64,000 nucleotides of DNA from IMG/VR virus record IMGVR_UViG_3300047557_002769, positions 32,001-96,000 of that record, one strand, 5' to 3'. Both the position numbers and the translations under genes were made by a program. Positions within the stretch are counted from its first letter, which is position 1, and every line of letters starts with the position of its first letter. The DNA is from a virus. Below, one piece after another: positions 46,003 to 56,321 of the stretch. The notes beneath the pieces were generated by a model. It was not told the origin of the DNA. It made no database searches and saw only the letters and a program-made list of their open reading frames with translations.

Positions 46003-47395
46003 TTACGATACCGCTAAAGTCCTTTTTACCTTTAAATTTACGATTAAAGCTGAAAGAATCCATTTCATCTTCATCTAAGTCAATACCAGAGTCAATAACA
46101 TCTTTCTGCGCAGATGGTTCTAGATCATAGAGCTTCATTTTAGCCCTATCGATACCAATCATGAAACGCTTATGCAACGTTGGATCATTATATCGATTCT
46201 TCAGCTGCTTTACCATAATCTGATTAAGCTGCTCGAGCTCCTCAGTGCTAATTAGCGCGAACATAAAGTCAGCAGTAGCAGGTAGACCAAAAGATTCAGA
46301 AGTATCGGTAAGCTCAACATCGGTATTCGAATAACCGGAACGAGTAGTCTGCGTAGCAGATACGACCGGTAGATTGAATTCAACCGCTAATCCTCTAAGC
46401 TCTTCAGCAATAGCTTTTACATACGTATAGGAGTTTACATTACCACCAGGTTTAAATCTTGACGATGCACAGATATTAAGATAATCAACAAAGATGATAT
46501 CCGGTTTAAACGTGCGTTTCAGCGAGAGTTCACTCAATAGTGCTTTAAAGTGACCTACATGAGCAGATGCGGTAGGGTATTCTTTAATAATAAGCTTACC
46601 GTGAGAACGCTTAGAAATTTTACGAACTCTACTTTCAAACGTTTCTTTAGGAATATCTTTCAGTTGATCAATCTCAATATTCAATAAGTTAGAATCAATA
46701 CGCTCAGCAATACGTTCCTCTGCCATTTCCATAGTAATATACAGAACGTTTTTACCTTGAGCGAGAGCACCTGCTGCTACATGACACATAAACAAAGATT
46801 TACCAACACCAGTACCAGCAAGTGCAATATTGAGAGTCTTATTAGGCAACCCCCCGTTAGTAATCTTATTAAAGAGATCTAGATCAAAAGGAATACGAGA
46901 CTCAACCCGATGATAGAAATCATAACGAGAACTAGAATCCTCAAAGTAATCATGGCCAACAGATGCATCAAAACATACACCCAGGGCTTCTTGAAGAAGC
47001 GAAGGAATCCCGTCTTTAGAAAATTGCTTATCATTTCCGTCTAGAATACTAATTGACTTAAGAATGGCGTTATATACAGCTTTATCTTTACAGAACTTTT
47101 CCGTCTCTTCAATAAGCCATTCATTATTAGGTGCTTCGCTATTAACTAAGGTTTTAATAAGAGCACTCGTCTCCTTATACTGAGCTTCTAGTAGATTAGA
47201 ATTTTGAAGCGAAATTTCAATCGCTTCAACAGTAGGAGTCCTATTATATTTTTCAATAAATCGGCTGATCTGCTCATACACTAAGCGATCAGCCGAATCA
47301 ACAAAGTACTCGCTCTTCAAGAAAGGGAGTACCTTTCGCATGTACTCCTCATTATGGACTAGGTTGCGTAGAATTGTCTCTTCAAGCCTGATCAT
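45998..47395 (-). CDS. gp41: Replicative helicase gp41
   Basis: AGTGVGKS, EMAEERIAERID, SESFGLPATAD, QLKNRY. Confidence 0.96.
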   Translation of the reverse strand: MIRLEETILRNLVHNEEYMRKVLPFLKSEYFVDSADRLVYEQISRFIEKYNRTPTVEAIEISLQNSNLLEAQYKETSALIKTLVNSEAPNNEWLIEETEKFCKDKAVYNAILKSISILDGNDKQFSKDGIPSLLQEALGVCFDASVGHDYFEDSSSRYDFYHRVESRIPFDLDLFNKITNGGLPNKTLNIALAGTGVGKSLFMCHVAAGALAQGKNVLYITMEMAEERIAERIDSNLLNIEIDQLKDIPKETFESRVRKISKRSHGKLIIKEYPTASAHVGHFKALLSELSLKRTFKPDIIFVDYLNICASSRFKPGGNVNSYTYVKAIAEELRGLAVEFNLPVVSATQTTRSGYSNTDVELTDTSESFGLPATADFMFALISTEELEQLNQIMVKQLKNRYNDPTLHKRFMIGIDRAKMKLYDLEPSAQKDVIDSGIDLDEDEMDSFSFNRKFKGKKDFSGIVI

Positions 47396-47666
47396 TCTTT
47401 ACCTCGTTCAATGCTTCTCTTAGGATATCGTTAACAATTAGCTCAAGCGTCTGAGCAAATACTTCACTCTTTTCTGGATCGCCCATATCTTCAGGTTTAT
47501 TGATTATATGATAATCTAGATCAACGCTGCTATCGTCTTTTTCCGAGAATGTAAATTTCTCAAATTGAATAGTAACACCGGAAAATTCTCCATCGATAAT
47601 TTCTACACCCCACTGGTCGCTACCTACAAACCAGGGTCTGAATAATTCATTCCGTAGCACTTGCAT
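47382..47666 (-). CDS. Hypothetical protein (at the gp40 position)
   Basis: Between uvsX and gp41. Confidence 0.6.
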   Translation of the reverse strand: MQVLRNELFRPWFVGSDQWGVEIIDGEFSGVTIQFEKFTFSEKDDSSVDLDYHIINKPEDMGDPEKSEVFAQTLELIVNDILREALNEVKNDQA

Positions 47667-48705
47667 ATTCACTCTCCAGATCATCTTCTGTTAATTCTTT
47701 GCTAAGCATATCTGCACCAGAGATTTGATATGTCTTAGTAATATATTCCTGGAATTCTTTCGATGCTAGAATAGGCATCCAGAAGTCTTTTGTATACGTA
47801 TCTTTAGCTCGATACTTCGTTTCTTCACCCTTACGACTATACCAGCCATTAGACGGCTTAACAACAAACCCACCGTTCATAGCTACATCAAGAAGACCAG
47901 ACCATTTACTGATACCACCTTCGAAAGAAACCTCGATCGGAATCTTAGATTTTTCTCTAACATGACGTGACTTTTCAACGTTAATAATAAAGTTATAACC
48001 CGTTAATTCCGTACCATCTTTTTCTTGCTGACGACCAATAATATAGATGTTATCAGCAGAGTAATAAACACCAGTACCACCAGAAACGATATCTTTCGGA
48101 AACATACCGATTTCTTTATACGTATGATTAACAACAATCATCGGAATATCTTTTAGAGTCAGATGAGGTGTAACCATACGGAATAGAGACTTAAGCTGCT
48201 TAGCGCGAGACATATCAGCGACCGATTTTCCATCAATCGCATCTTCTACTTCTTTACGCGAAGCTAGGTTACCAACCGAATCAACAATGACAATAAGATG
48301 GTCGCCCCGTTCGATATTGTTTAGCTGACCCATAGAGTCATGCTTTAGCTGCTCGATATCGGTAATAGGAGTATGAACTACACGATTAGGGTCAATACCG
48401 AATGATTCAAAGTATGATTGAGGAGAACCGAATTCCGAATCATAAAACAGAACGACCGCATCGTCGTACTTATCAAGATACGACTTAGCCAATAGAAGAG
48501 CAAATGCAGTTTTAAAATGCTTAGACGGTCCAGCAAAGACCGTAAGACCGGGCGTTAAACCGCCGTTCAGTTTACCCGAAAGCGCAACGTTCACCATTGG
48601 CACCGGGGTCTGAATCATATCCTTAGCATTGAAGAATTTCGATTTAGCGAGTACTTCAGTATCTTTAATCGTAGTATTTTTCTTAAGTTTTTCTAGTAGC
48701 GACAT
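47647..48705 (-). CDS. uvsX: RecA-like recombinase UvsX
   Basis: AGPSKHFKT, YDSEFG, DSVGNLAS, SGGTG. Confidence 0.95.
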   Translation of the reverse strand: MSLLEKLKKNTTIKDTEVLAKSKFFNAKDMIQTPVPMVNVALSGKLNGGLTPGLTVFAGPSKHFKTAFALLLAKSYLDKYDDAVVLFYDSEFGSPQSYFESFGIDPNRVVHTPITDIEQLKHDSMGQLNNIERGDHLIVIVDSVGNLASRKEVEDAIDGKSVADMSRAKQLKSLFRMVTPHLTLKDIPMIVVNHTYKEIGMFPKDIVSGGTGVYYSADNIYIIGRQQEKDGTELTGYNFIINVEKSRHVREKSKIPIEVSFEGGISKWSGLLDVAMNGGFVVKPSNGWYSRKGEETKYRAKDTYTKDFWMPILASKEFQEYITKTYQISGADMLSKELTEDDLESEYASATE

Positions 48706-48728
48706 ATTTTTCTCCTTGTAGTGTATCC

Positions 48729-48757
48729 ATTATATACTCAACCAAACAAACCTTCAA
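48729..48757 (-). promoter_or_regulatory. sigma70 promoter TTGAAG-N17-TATAAT for uvsX
   Basis: Overlaps the end of gp43. Confidence 0.65.
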
Positions 48758-51254
48758 GTGATGCTTGCTCTTTTATTTCCCAACCAATACAGCTTAGTAA
48801 CGACATCAGCGGATCCAGAAAAGATTTTTCAAACATCTTATCATAATCAACATACTCATGAGCACGAAACTCAGTAGGTAAATCACCGTTAAATGCAATA
48901 ACGTGAGTACCTAGAATATTCGGTTCCCGTAAGTAGAGATATTTAATCTTATCACCTTCCTGAATAAACTGATATTTCTTATCAAGAGATTTCGTCTTAA
49001 TCAGATGGTTATAGATCAGCGCACCCTTAACATGCATCGGTGTACCTTTTCTAGCAATGCTGTTAGGGTCACTGTAATCCTTCAAACCGTTTACACCTCG
49101 CGGGAACGCAATTTCTTCAGGCTTTAGCTTATGCCATTTCGTTTCCAGTTCGGTAACATATTCACGAATAGTTTTTTCGTCCTTTGTAAGAGCGATAGAC
49201 ACTGCTTCTTTTAGTGCTTTTCTAACCGGTGCAGGTGTAGAAGAGCGTACGATTTCCATACCTAGAACTTTAAGCTTAGGAGGATCGTACGCCACACCTT
49301 CCGCGTTATGTACGTTTAACGCATACCTTTTCTTCGCAATCCAGATACCGCGATCAGCGATGACTTCTCTTTTGAACTTAATTTTCGGGACGTAGACGTT
49401 GAGGTACTTGCTGAAGTCTTCGCAGGCTTGGTTGATGGTGGGCTCGATGTCCTTGGCACAAAGATCGTCAAGGAATCCCACAATTTCGGATTTCGATTTA
49501 TTCTTTGACTCATTGTTAACAAGCCGGCCAAGAGTAATATAGGTACTATCAGTATCAGAGTAAAAACTATAATCGGTTCCATTTGTCTTACACCTTTCGT
49601 TAAGGTAAGTGTTTAGTTTCTTAGCAACCGATCGAATAATGAACTGACCGGTCATAGTAATGCCTTCAGCAATACGGATATCGTAGTATCTAAAGTAGAC
49701 GTTACCCATTGCACCGTAAAGTGAGTTCATCAAAATCTTAGCAGCCATCTGCTTTGAATTAAGACTTGAAATTTCATTTAGATACTTCGGATCTTTTGTC
49801 TCTTCGTATTTTGTCTGAGCGGCAAGCATCGCCTTCTTCGCTGTCTGACGAGACGCAAAGTAAAACTCAATCAGCTGCGGGAAGATGCCTTTTACTTCTC
49901 TACCAAAGCACTGACCGTTAGCAGTCATAGTATAGTTCTTTGCTACAATAGGCGTAGTATCAAATTCCCTATCTAAGAGCTTTTGAATAGACCGTTCTTC
50001 ATCTGTAAGATACTTCTGTCCATCTACTAGCGTCTCCGGAGACATATTCCAGGTCATAATAATAGAAGGATACAGAGAGGTAGCGTCAAAAGAAACAACC
50101 CAGTCATACTGACCTGGTGTAGGTTCTTTTACGAAAGCACCCATAATCTGCCTATCAGCAGACTCGTCAATGGGTGGTGGATTATGTACAATAATATCCT
50201 CCTTTAGAAGCTTATTGTACAGAATACAATCCCAGGTTCTAACCGAAGAGTAAATATCGGTATAGTTACACTTGGCATCATAAGCCATGGTTAAGATAAG
50301 CGTAATCAAACGCATCTTATCTTCTAACTTATCGACCAGAACAACGTCGTGAATATTATAGTCTACGAATAGTTCCCAGTCTTTAGTATAGAATTCTTTG
50401 AAAGAGCTAAATTCGTGTTTAATTTTTTCATCGTCTAGCTCTTCCTTAGCAATATGGTCCAGACGATACGATTCTTGAACCTTAAAAGAAAACTTCTTAT
50501 AAAGATCCATGTAGTCGAGAATAGAAATACCAGTCCAGTCAAAAGCCAGCTGCGTTCTACCTCTCGCAAACGGAACTTCTCGATTAGTAACTGTTCCATG
50601 CGGAGAGCATTCCTCAAGAGCCTTATCGCCAAGCACACGTTGAATACGAGAAGACAAATACGCAATATCGAACAACTGAACGTTCCATCCAGTAATAACG
50701 TCAGGGTAATCTTTCTTTAGCGCATTAATGAATTTGCGCAAGAGATCCATTTCATCTTGACACTGCACGTAAGTAACATTGTCCTTCTTAGCAAGATACG
50801 GCTTACAGCCAAACGAAGTAATTTCTTTAGTATTAAAATCCTGCATTGTAATAAGCAATACTTCTTCTTGAGCTTGCCTTGGATCAGGGAAACCATATTC
50901 CGTAGACGTCTCAATATCGATAGTTACGATCTTCATAATCGTAGTATCAAATTGAATATCGTCAGGAAAAATCTTGCTAATGAACTGATAAGTAAAGTTA
51001 TAGTTACCGTAGATAGGGAAGTTACTTACTTCCTGATAGCGCTTAATAAACTCACGAGCTTCGTGAATAGTTGGAAACTTAATCTTCTCTAGATTATCGC
51101 CCCAGAGCGACTTATACTTAGATTCCTTGCCTGCTCGAACATAGAGAGTAGGCTGAAAGGGAATCTTTTGGTTGACCCTCTTACCGTCTTTGTATCCCCG
51201 AAAATAGACGTTGTTACCTCTAATAAAAATATTAGTATAAAAAAGTTCACTCAT
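48738..51254 (-). CDS. gp43: Family B DNA polymerase gp43
   Basis: DIET exonuclease motif, SFDATSLYPS, KILMNSLYG, YSDTDS, KKRY. Confidence 0.97.
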   Translation of the reverse strand: MSELFYTNIFIRGNNVYFRGYKDGKRVNQKIPFQPTLYVRAGKESKYKSLWGDNLEKIKFPTIHEAREFIKRYQEVSNFPIYGNYNFTYQFISKIFPDDIQFDTTIMKIVTIDIETSTEYGFPDPRQAQEEVLLITMQDFNTKEITSFGCKPYLAKKDNVTYVQCQDEMDLLRKFINALKKDYPDVITGWNVQLFDIAYLSSRIQRVLGDKALEECSPHGTVTNREVPFARGRTQLAFDWTGISILDYMDLYKKFSFKVQESYRLDHIAKEELDDEKIKHEFSSFKEFYTKDWELFVDYNIHDVVLVDKLEDKMRLITLILTMAYDAKCNYTDIYSSVRTWDCILYNKLLKEDIIVHNPPPIDESADRQIMGAFVKEPTPGQYDWVVSFDATSLYPSIIMTWNMSPETLVDGQKYLTDEERSIQKLLDREFDTTPIVAKNYTMTANGQCFGREVKGIFPQLIEFYFASRQTAKKAMLAAQTKYEETKDPKYLNEISSLNSKQMAAKILMNSLYGAMGNVYFRYYDIRIAEGITMTGQFIIRSVAKKLNTYLNERCKTNGTDYSFYSDTDSTYITLGRLVNNESKNKSKSEIVGFLDDLCAKDIEPTINQACEDFSKYLNVYVPKIKFKREVIADRGIWIAKKRYALNVHNAEGVAYDPPKLKVLGMEIVRSSTPAPVRKALKEAVSIALTKDEKTIREYVTELETKWHKLKPEEIAFPRGVNGLKDYSDPNSIARKGTPMHVKGALIYNHLIKTKSLDKKYQFIQEGDKIKYLYLREPNILGTHVIAFNGDLPTEFRAHEYVDYDKMFEKSFLDPLMSLLSCIGWEIKEQASLEGLFG

Positions 51255-51612
51255 AGTTTGTTTGACTATCACCAGGTTCTACTCTGTAATTATCCTCAAC
51301 AGAGTCGGGAGTTGAAACTTCAATTATAGTACCTGACTCAATACAAATCAACTGATGAGGTAGAAGAGGTGGATTATGCCAAACATGGCCTTCGGTCAAA
51401 GTCTTTTCGTTTCGTTCTGCGGTTTTGGTATCAATCCATCGCACTATGAACTTACCCGATTTTACATACCAGGTCTCGTCCTTCTCGCTATGAAAGTGCA
51501 TTGAAAATTTAGCACCATCATGAAAGTTTAAAAACTTACCACAGTACTTGTCATTGGTAGCAAAGATGTATTCTGAACCCCAACCTTTCACAACTAGACC
51601 TTTATGTCTCAT
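51247..51612 (-). CDS. Cupin sugar isomerase-like protein
   Basis: KGWGSE..SMHFH..KDET..PHQL..EVST. Confidence 0.75.
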   Translation of the reverse strand: MRHKGLVVKGWGSEYIFATNDKYCGKFLNFHDGAKFSMHFHSEKDETWYVKSGKFIVRWIDTKTAERNEKTLTEGHVWHNPPLLPHQLICIESGTIIEVSTPDSVEDNYRVEPGDSQTNYE

Positions 51613-51613
51613 T

Positions 51614-52372
51614 TTATTCTCCTATGATCTCAACCAAAGTCGGTGCGTAAGTACCTAGATGCTGAACAGTAATGCTAGATGCTTTATTGGCTAATTTAAT
51701 ACTTAACCCTATGCTATCTGTTACAAGATAGAAATAAACTAACGAGGCTAAGAACGTATCACCCGCCCCGCACACATCAACGACCTCTACTTTTACACCA
51801 TCATAAAGATGCACATAATCGTGTATAGCACCGTGAGCACCTAAGGTAACAATTAGACCAGTATCAGGGTATGTTATAGCACTTCTATATTCTTGCTCAT
51901 TAACCTTAATGATACAACCTGAAAACTTATTTAATTCAGGGTTCTTAGTATCAACAAATACAGGTACTTTATACTTAGCACGAAGCTCCTGAGCAAATTC
52001 TGGTGTGATAGTCCCCTTACCATAATCAGAAACAACAACACAGTCAAAAGATTCGTCAGGCATTCCATTCATTAACAACGGAGGGCTAATCTTATCGTCA
52101 TCGATTCTTAAAATGTGTTGTTTTGTCTTTTCATCAATAAGGCGAGTCTTTGTAGAATTGTAGCCTGTGCGAAGCACAACCACAGCGCCAAGCCGCTCAA
52201 AATTATTCTTAACGTTTAAGACCATCCCGTCTCTGGTTTCAACTCTTGTTTCTTTAAAAATAGGGACAGGGGCTTCCGGGCTAAGTCTATTTACTTCCCC
52301 GTACTTATAAACATCAATACAGCTATCACCTACCAGCAATACTTTGAATTTTTTTGGTGGTTGAATAATCAT
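51614..52372 (-). CDS. HldE/RfaE domain I-like heptose-7-phosphate kinase (PfkB family)
   Basis: RLSPEAPVP, SDYGKG, DVCGAGDTF. Confidence 0.85.
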   Translation of the reverse strand: MIIQPPKKFKVLLVGDSCIDVYKYGEVNRLSPEAPVPIFKETRVETRDGMVLNVKNNFERLGAVVVLRTGYNSTKTRLIDEKTKQHILRIDDDKISPPLLMNGMPDESFDCVVVSDYGKGTITPEFAQELRAKYKVPVFVDTKNPELNKFSGCIIKVNEQEYRSAITYPDTGLIVTLGAHGAIHDYVHLYDGVKVEVVDVCGAGDTFLASLVYFYLVTDSIGLSIKLANKASSITVQHLGTYAPTLVEIIGE

Positions 52373-52727
52373 CTAACTTCCTAAAAAATAATAAACTGTT
52401 AGCAAACTCCGAGCCAATAACAGGTTTATCTCTATAGTCATCACCTACAACCATAACCCAGGGGTTGTAGAATCTTACCAATTCACGTAACTCATCATCG
52501 CTGTCAAAAATGGCAACTTTACTAACAGCCTTTATATTTTCAAGCATGAACTTACGTTCATGCTGGTTATTAACAGGTCTACTTGAGCCCTTTTTTTCTT
52601 TTACTCTACGATCGCTGTCGATAGCTACTATTAGTTGATCACCCAGGCTGCTAGCAAAATTAAGTAACTTAAGATGACCAGTATGCAGAATATCAAACGT
52701 TCCATTTACAAAGATTGTTTTCTCCAC
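52326..52727 (-). CDS. HldE/RfaE domain II-like heptose-1-phosphate nucleotidyltransferase
   Basis: NGTFDILHTGH, DSDRRVKEKKGSSRP, YSTT. Confidence 0.85.
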   Translation of the reverse strand: MEKTIFVNGTFDILHTGHLKLLNFASSLGDQLIVAIDSDRRVKEKKGSSRPVNNQHERKFMLENIKAVSKVAIFDSDDELRELVRFYNPWVMVVGDDYRDKPVIGSEFANSLLFFRKLDDYSTTKKIQSIAGR

Positions 52728-53434
52728 GGGTAACCTTCTTTTGTATTATAACGCGATCTCATAACATTATTACCCTGTTCGAAAAATTCTTTCTTTACCG
52801 AGCCTTCGTTACCACCCAAGCGGTATCTAAGTGTATGCAGACCGGTACAATCAAAAGAATCAGGCCTGAAATTCTTAGCAATCATAAAGAATCTACGATC
52901 AGCACCCCAACCGTAGTCCCAGATATGACCTATTTGTCTAATAAATTCAACTTTAAAGCAATAGCAACTTGAATCTACTAAATGGACATCTTGACCGACC
53001 CAGGCAGGCCATTTACCCAGCGATTCGCAGTTATCGTTACAGATAAAAGTTCCGTTTTTATCTACAATGGATCTAAGGCTATAAGACCAGTCAAGATTTT
53101 TACTTTTAATAAGTGATACGAGACTCTCAACATGGTTATTTTCGTACATGTTGTCTTGATCAAGAAAGAGTACATACTCGTGATTAATCAAATGACTGAA
53201 GCCAGCCATAATTCGGTGTCCATAGAAGCCGTTACTCCCGGTATTAAACGGTAGGTATACGGCTCGAAGACGTTCCTGTTTGTTTAACTTTACAACGCTT
53301 TCAACCTCGCTTGTAAAGTTATCACCGTCACAGACCAGTAAGTGATCAACAGGAACGGTTTGCTCTTTTACTGATTTTATCGCGTCAGCAACTTCAGGCG
53401 CACCGGTTGTGGGTGTAATAACTAAGATACTCAT
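52706..53434 (-). CDS. GT-A (GT2-like) glycosyltransferase
   Basis: VITPT..VCDG..FLDQDN. Confidence 0.75.
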   Translation of the reverse strand: MSILVITPTTGAPEVADAIKSVKEQTVPVDHLLVCDGDNFTSEVESVVKLNKQERLRAVYLPFNTGSNGFYGHRIMAGFSHLINHEYVLFLDQDNMYENNHVESLVSLIKSKNLDWSYSLRSIVDKNGTFICNDNCESLGKWPAWVGQDVHLVDSSCYCFKVEFIRQIGHIWDYGWGADRRFFMIAKNFRPDSFDCTGLHTLRYRLGGNEGSVKKEFFEQGNNVMRSRYNTKEGYPWRKQSL

Positions 53435-54045
53435 AAAAATAAAAAATCAATTTTAAATTGTTCAGTATAGCCTACTTCTCGTTTATTGGAAAAATAGTTT
53501 GTGTGAAAGCTTTCAATACAATCATCACTAAAATAGTTTCTACTTTGCTGAGTCTCAAATAATTTTAGTAGTTGTACTTTTTTTTCATAGTGTTCAGTCA
53601 CATCAACAAAAACATTAGCGGACCAAGTATGAGATGTTGATGGGGTATTATACTCTAAATGAGATATTTTCTTTTTTCTAGTCAGCGCCCTACCTACACT
53701 ACTTATTATTTTGTGTTCAAAGTGAAAGTCATCTGCAGGCGGAGTAAGTATAGAATCATAAACTAACTTATGCGTTTCAACCCAGTTTACGAGTTGATCT
53801 TCAGTTGTCGATTTTATAAAAACGTCTCTTGAATCAACAACCAAAGCGTTATTAATATCGCTCCAAAACGATTTTGTCTCTTCTATTCTCTGTAAACTTG
53901 CTTTATCAAAATCACCACCAGCTGACATATTTAAAATATAGAATGTTGTTCCGGGATATTTTAATACTGTGCCAGCAATAGAATATTCAGCATCATCTGG
54001 GTGAGGTGATAGTACTAAAGCATTACTTATTCCAAGAAACTTTAT
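53431..54045 (-). CDS. PIG-L/LmbE family deacetylase (extended to a non-AUG ATA start)
   Basis: In-frame upstream LSPHPDDAE motif; DFHFEH; FETQ. Confidence 0.75.
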   Translation of the reverse strand: MKFLGISNALVLSPHPDDAEYSIAGTVLKYPGTTFYILNMSAGGDFDKASLQRIEETKSFWSDINNALVVDSRDVFIKSTTEDQLVNWVETHKLVYDSILTPPADDFHFEHKIISSVGRALTRKKKISHLEYNTPSTSHTWSANVFVDVTEHYEKKVQLLKLFETQQSRNYFSDDCIESFHTNYFSNKREVGYTEQFKIDFLFL

Positions 54046-54877
54046 AATGTGCCTCTATTGATTTAAATGGCTTACCAGTATATATCTTAATTCCATTCCT
54101 TCGAAGAAAGTCACGAAGATCTTCAACAACTTCGTTTTCGAATCCAGTGAGTCGTTTATTAAGCGGGTTGATTAAAGTTGTTCCGTCCACCTGTTGAAGC
54201 AATATACAACCATTGAACTGAACTTCAATCTTAAGTACTGAAGAGATGTTCTTGTGATTCAATTGCTTTTCCCATTCCTTAACGACCTTACTGATAATTT
54301 CTTTTTTATCTTCAAGAGAAAGTTGCTTCGGGTAGTAGTTTTCTTTTATTATCTTACACGGATTGCCTGCGGCTAGACTACCATTAGGTATACTTCGATT
54401 AATAATGGAGTTAGTCCCAATGACACAGTCACTGCCTATATCCACATTTGGTAGAACAATACTTCTTGCCGGGAGCCATACTCGATTGCCGATGCTTACT
54501 GGGCCGAAGCTAGCTGGAAACCCTGAAAGTATATCTAACCAAGCACCGTGTGTCCAGATTAAACATTCCGTACCAATACCAACATCATCCCCTATAGTAA
54601 CTTCTTCTGAAGGATTAATTACTGTGCGCTCAAACACACCAACATGATTACCGATTCTTACATTTGAGTTAGGGCCTGTGCAACCCCCTCTACCAACTTC
54701 TACCTCGCTAGAAAAATATAGATAGTCCCCGGCAATAAAGCTTTTACAGGTTATTTTCGAACCGGGTCCTATATAACAGTTTTCACCCAGAATAAATTCA
54801 TCACATTCAACGACAACGGATGGGTGAACAGTAGATGAACCGGGTACTTGTATTTTATTAGCTCTGATCATCACCAA
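54023..54877 (-). CDS. Hexapeptide-repeat (LbH) acyltransferase
   Basis: IG repeats, WTH, AGNPCKII. Confidence 0.85.
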   Translation of the reverse strand: MVMIRANKIQVPGSSTVHPSVVVECDEFILGENCYIGPGSKITCKSFIAGDYLYFSSEVEVGRGGCTGPNSNVRIGNHVGVFERTVINPSEEVTIGDDVGIGTECLIWTHGAWLDILSGFPASFGPVSIGNRVWLPARSIVLPNVDIGSDCVIGTNSIINRSIPNGSLAAGNPCKIIKENYYPKQLSLEDKKEIISKVVKEWEKQLNHKNISSVLKIEVQFNGCILLQQVDGTTLINPLNKRLTGFENEVVEDLRDFLRRNGIKIYTGKPFKSIEAHYKVSWNK

Positions 54878-55556
54878 AATGCACGTTAGGGTTGTTCTGC
54901 TTATTAATAGGTTTGTTGTTCCTTTGAATGGTCACACCGAGATTTAAATTAACGTATTGCGTCACTGGTGCATCATTCATTTTACCTTTACCAGCAGATG
55001 CTTTACTTACATTATCAGCAAAAACTAACTTACCGGTCTCACCATACAACGGCCAGACTACCCGTGTTTTCTCTCTTGCGCAAACATAGTTACCGGCTTG
55101 ATGTAGTAACGTCATAGGCCCGCTTAACAAATGATCAGTATCATTTTCAACTAATTCACAGTAACGTTTAGCAACTGACTGACTAACTGTATAACATTCA
55201 ACCGCAATTCCTGCCATCCATACTGCAGTAGTAGGAATTTTGCTTAGCATGATTTTAAACATATCTACCCTATTTGGCCAAAGATATGCATCATGCTCCA
55301 TGATAACGAATTTTTCACCATCGGCAAGTTTTTTCATTAAGTTATAATGACTCACCATTGCAGCAATCTGTGTTGGTGTTCTTTTTTTGTTTTTGCTTAG
55401 GTTAAGATGAGAAGGGATAGTATCAGGCACCGTGCATTGCACACGCTCGATAGTTAAAAATTCACTAACCGGTACAAAAGACTTAATACTGTAATCGCTG
55501 TACTGTACAGATACAGGATTATTTAAGTCTACGATTTGAAACGCTTTTAGTCCCAT
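54858..55556 (-). CDS. GT25-like glycosyltransferase (tentative)
   Basis: SHYNLM..IMEHDA motif. Confidence 0.5.
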   Translation of the reverse strand: MGLKAFQIVDLNNPVSVQYSDYSIKSFVPVSEFLTIERVQCTVPDTIPSHLNLSKNKKRTPTQIAAMVSHYNLMKKLADGEKFVIMEHDAYLWPNRVDMFKIMLSKIPTTAVWMAGIAVECYTVSQSVAKRYCELVENDTDHLLSGPMTLLHQAGNYVCAREKTRVVWPLYGETGKLVFADNVSKASAGKGKMNDAPVTQYVNLNLGVTIQRNNKPINKQNNPNVHFGDDQS

Positions 55557-56152
55557 AGGCTTCGGAAGTATTTGCCAAATAAACGTAAACCATTATCAAT
55601 CCGATCATTAAAAGTAGCCAGTCCTTCAGTGTCGACTTTAATTCTTGAAATTGCATCTTGGAGTGGTTCTTTTTTATTTGTTTGGGGATGAGTGAAGAAT
55701 TGTGCCTCTGCGTCTTCTTTACACAGCTGTTCAAACGCCCAGATCATTTCATCCATGACCCAATCCCAACGCTTGAAATGATTGCTATCGATATCCCAAT
55801 CATTCACCTTAGGTTCGGTGTTTGTAGATCTAAGCTCTTCTGGCACATCTTCATCGTCAACCAGCGGCGCGCCGTGCTTAGTAGCTTGAAGCTGCTTAAG
55901 CATAGGGAGAATAATAGGGGAGAGGGTATGGTCCATTGACCACGTATCCCAGTAATCAATTTTTACATACTTAATCTCGGGATGAATGAAGTTAAGAAAC
56001 TTCTGAATAGCCTTACAAATAGGCTCAAGCCTATCAGCCCACTTTTCGATCACAGGCTCATCGAAATCAATCTCGCGCCAAAAGAAAACCTTCTCAAGGA
56101 TAGTATACGGGCTGATCCAATGATTACGGTATTTACTTAGATAAATTTTCAC
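55547..56152 (-). CDS. Conserved hypothetical protein
   Basis: DTWSMDHTL..RWDWVMDEMIWAF..GLRLFGKYF. Confidence 0.7.
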   Translation of the reverse strand: MKIYLSKYRNHWISPYTILEKVFFWREIDFDEPVIEKWADRLEPICKAIQKFLNFIHPEIKYVKIDYWDTWSMDHTLSPIILPMLKQLQATKHGAPLVDDEDVPEELRSTNTEPKVNDWDIDSNHFKRWDWVMDEMIWAFEQLCKEDAEAQFFTHPQTNKKEPLQDAISRIKVDTEGLATFNDRIDNGLRLFGKYFRSLWD

Positions 56153-56321
56153 GCTCTTCCTTTGACAAATTACGAAGTATCAGAGAGCCGTTCTCCTGTC
56201 TAATATGTATCTGATCGCCTTCACGCCAATCTTCCTCCTGACACATCTCAGGTGGAAATTGCAAGATACCGTCCCCAGATCCATCCTCGGAATCTAAAAT
56301 TTCGGTAATATACTTTTTCAT
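56133..56321 (-). CDS. AbrB/MazE-like small protein
   Basis: LQFPPE..WREGDQI..GSLIL. Confidence 0.55.
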   Translation of the reverse strand: MKKYITEILDSEDGSGDGILQFPPEMCQEEDWREGDQIHIRQENGSLILRNLSKEERENLSK

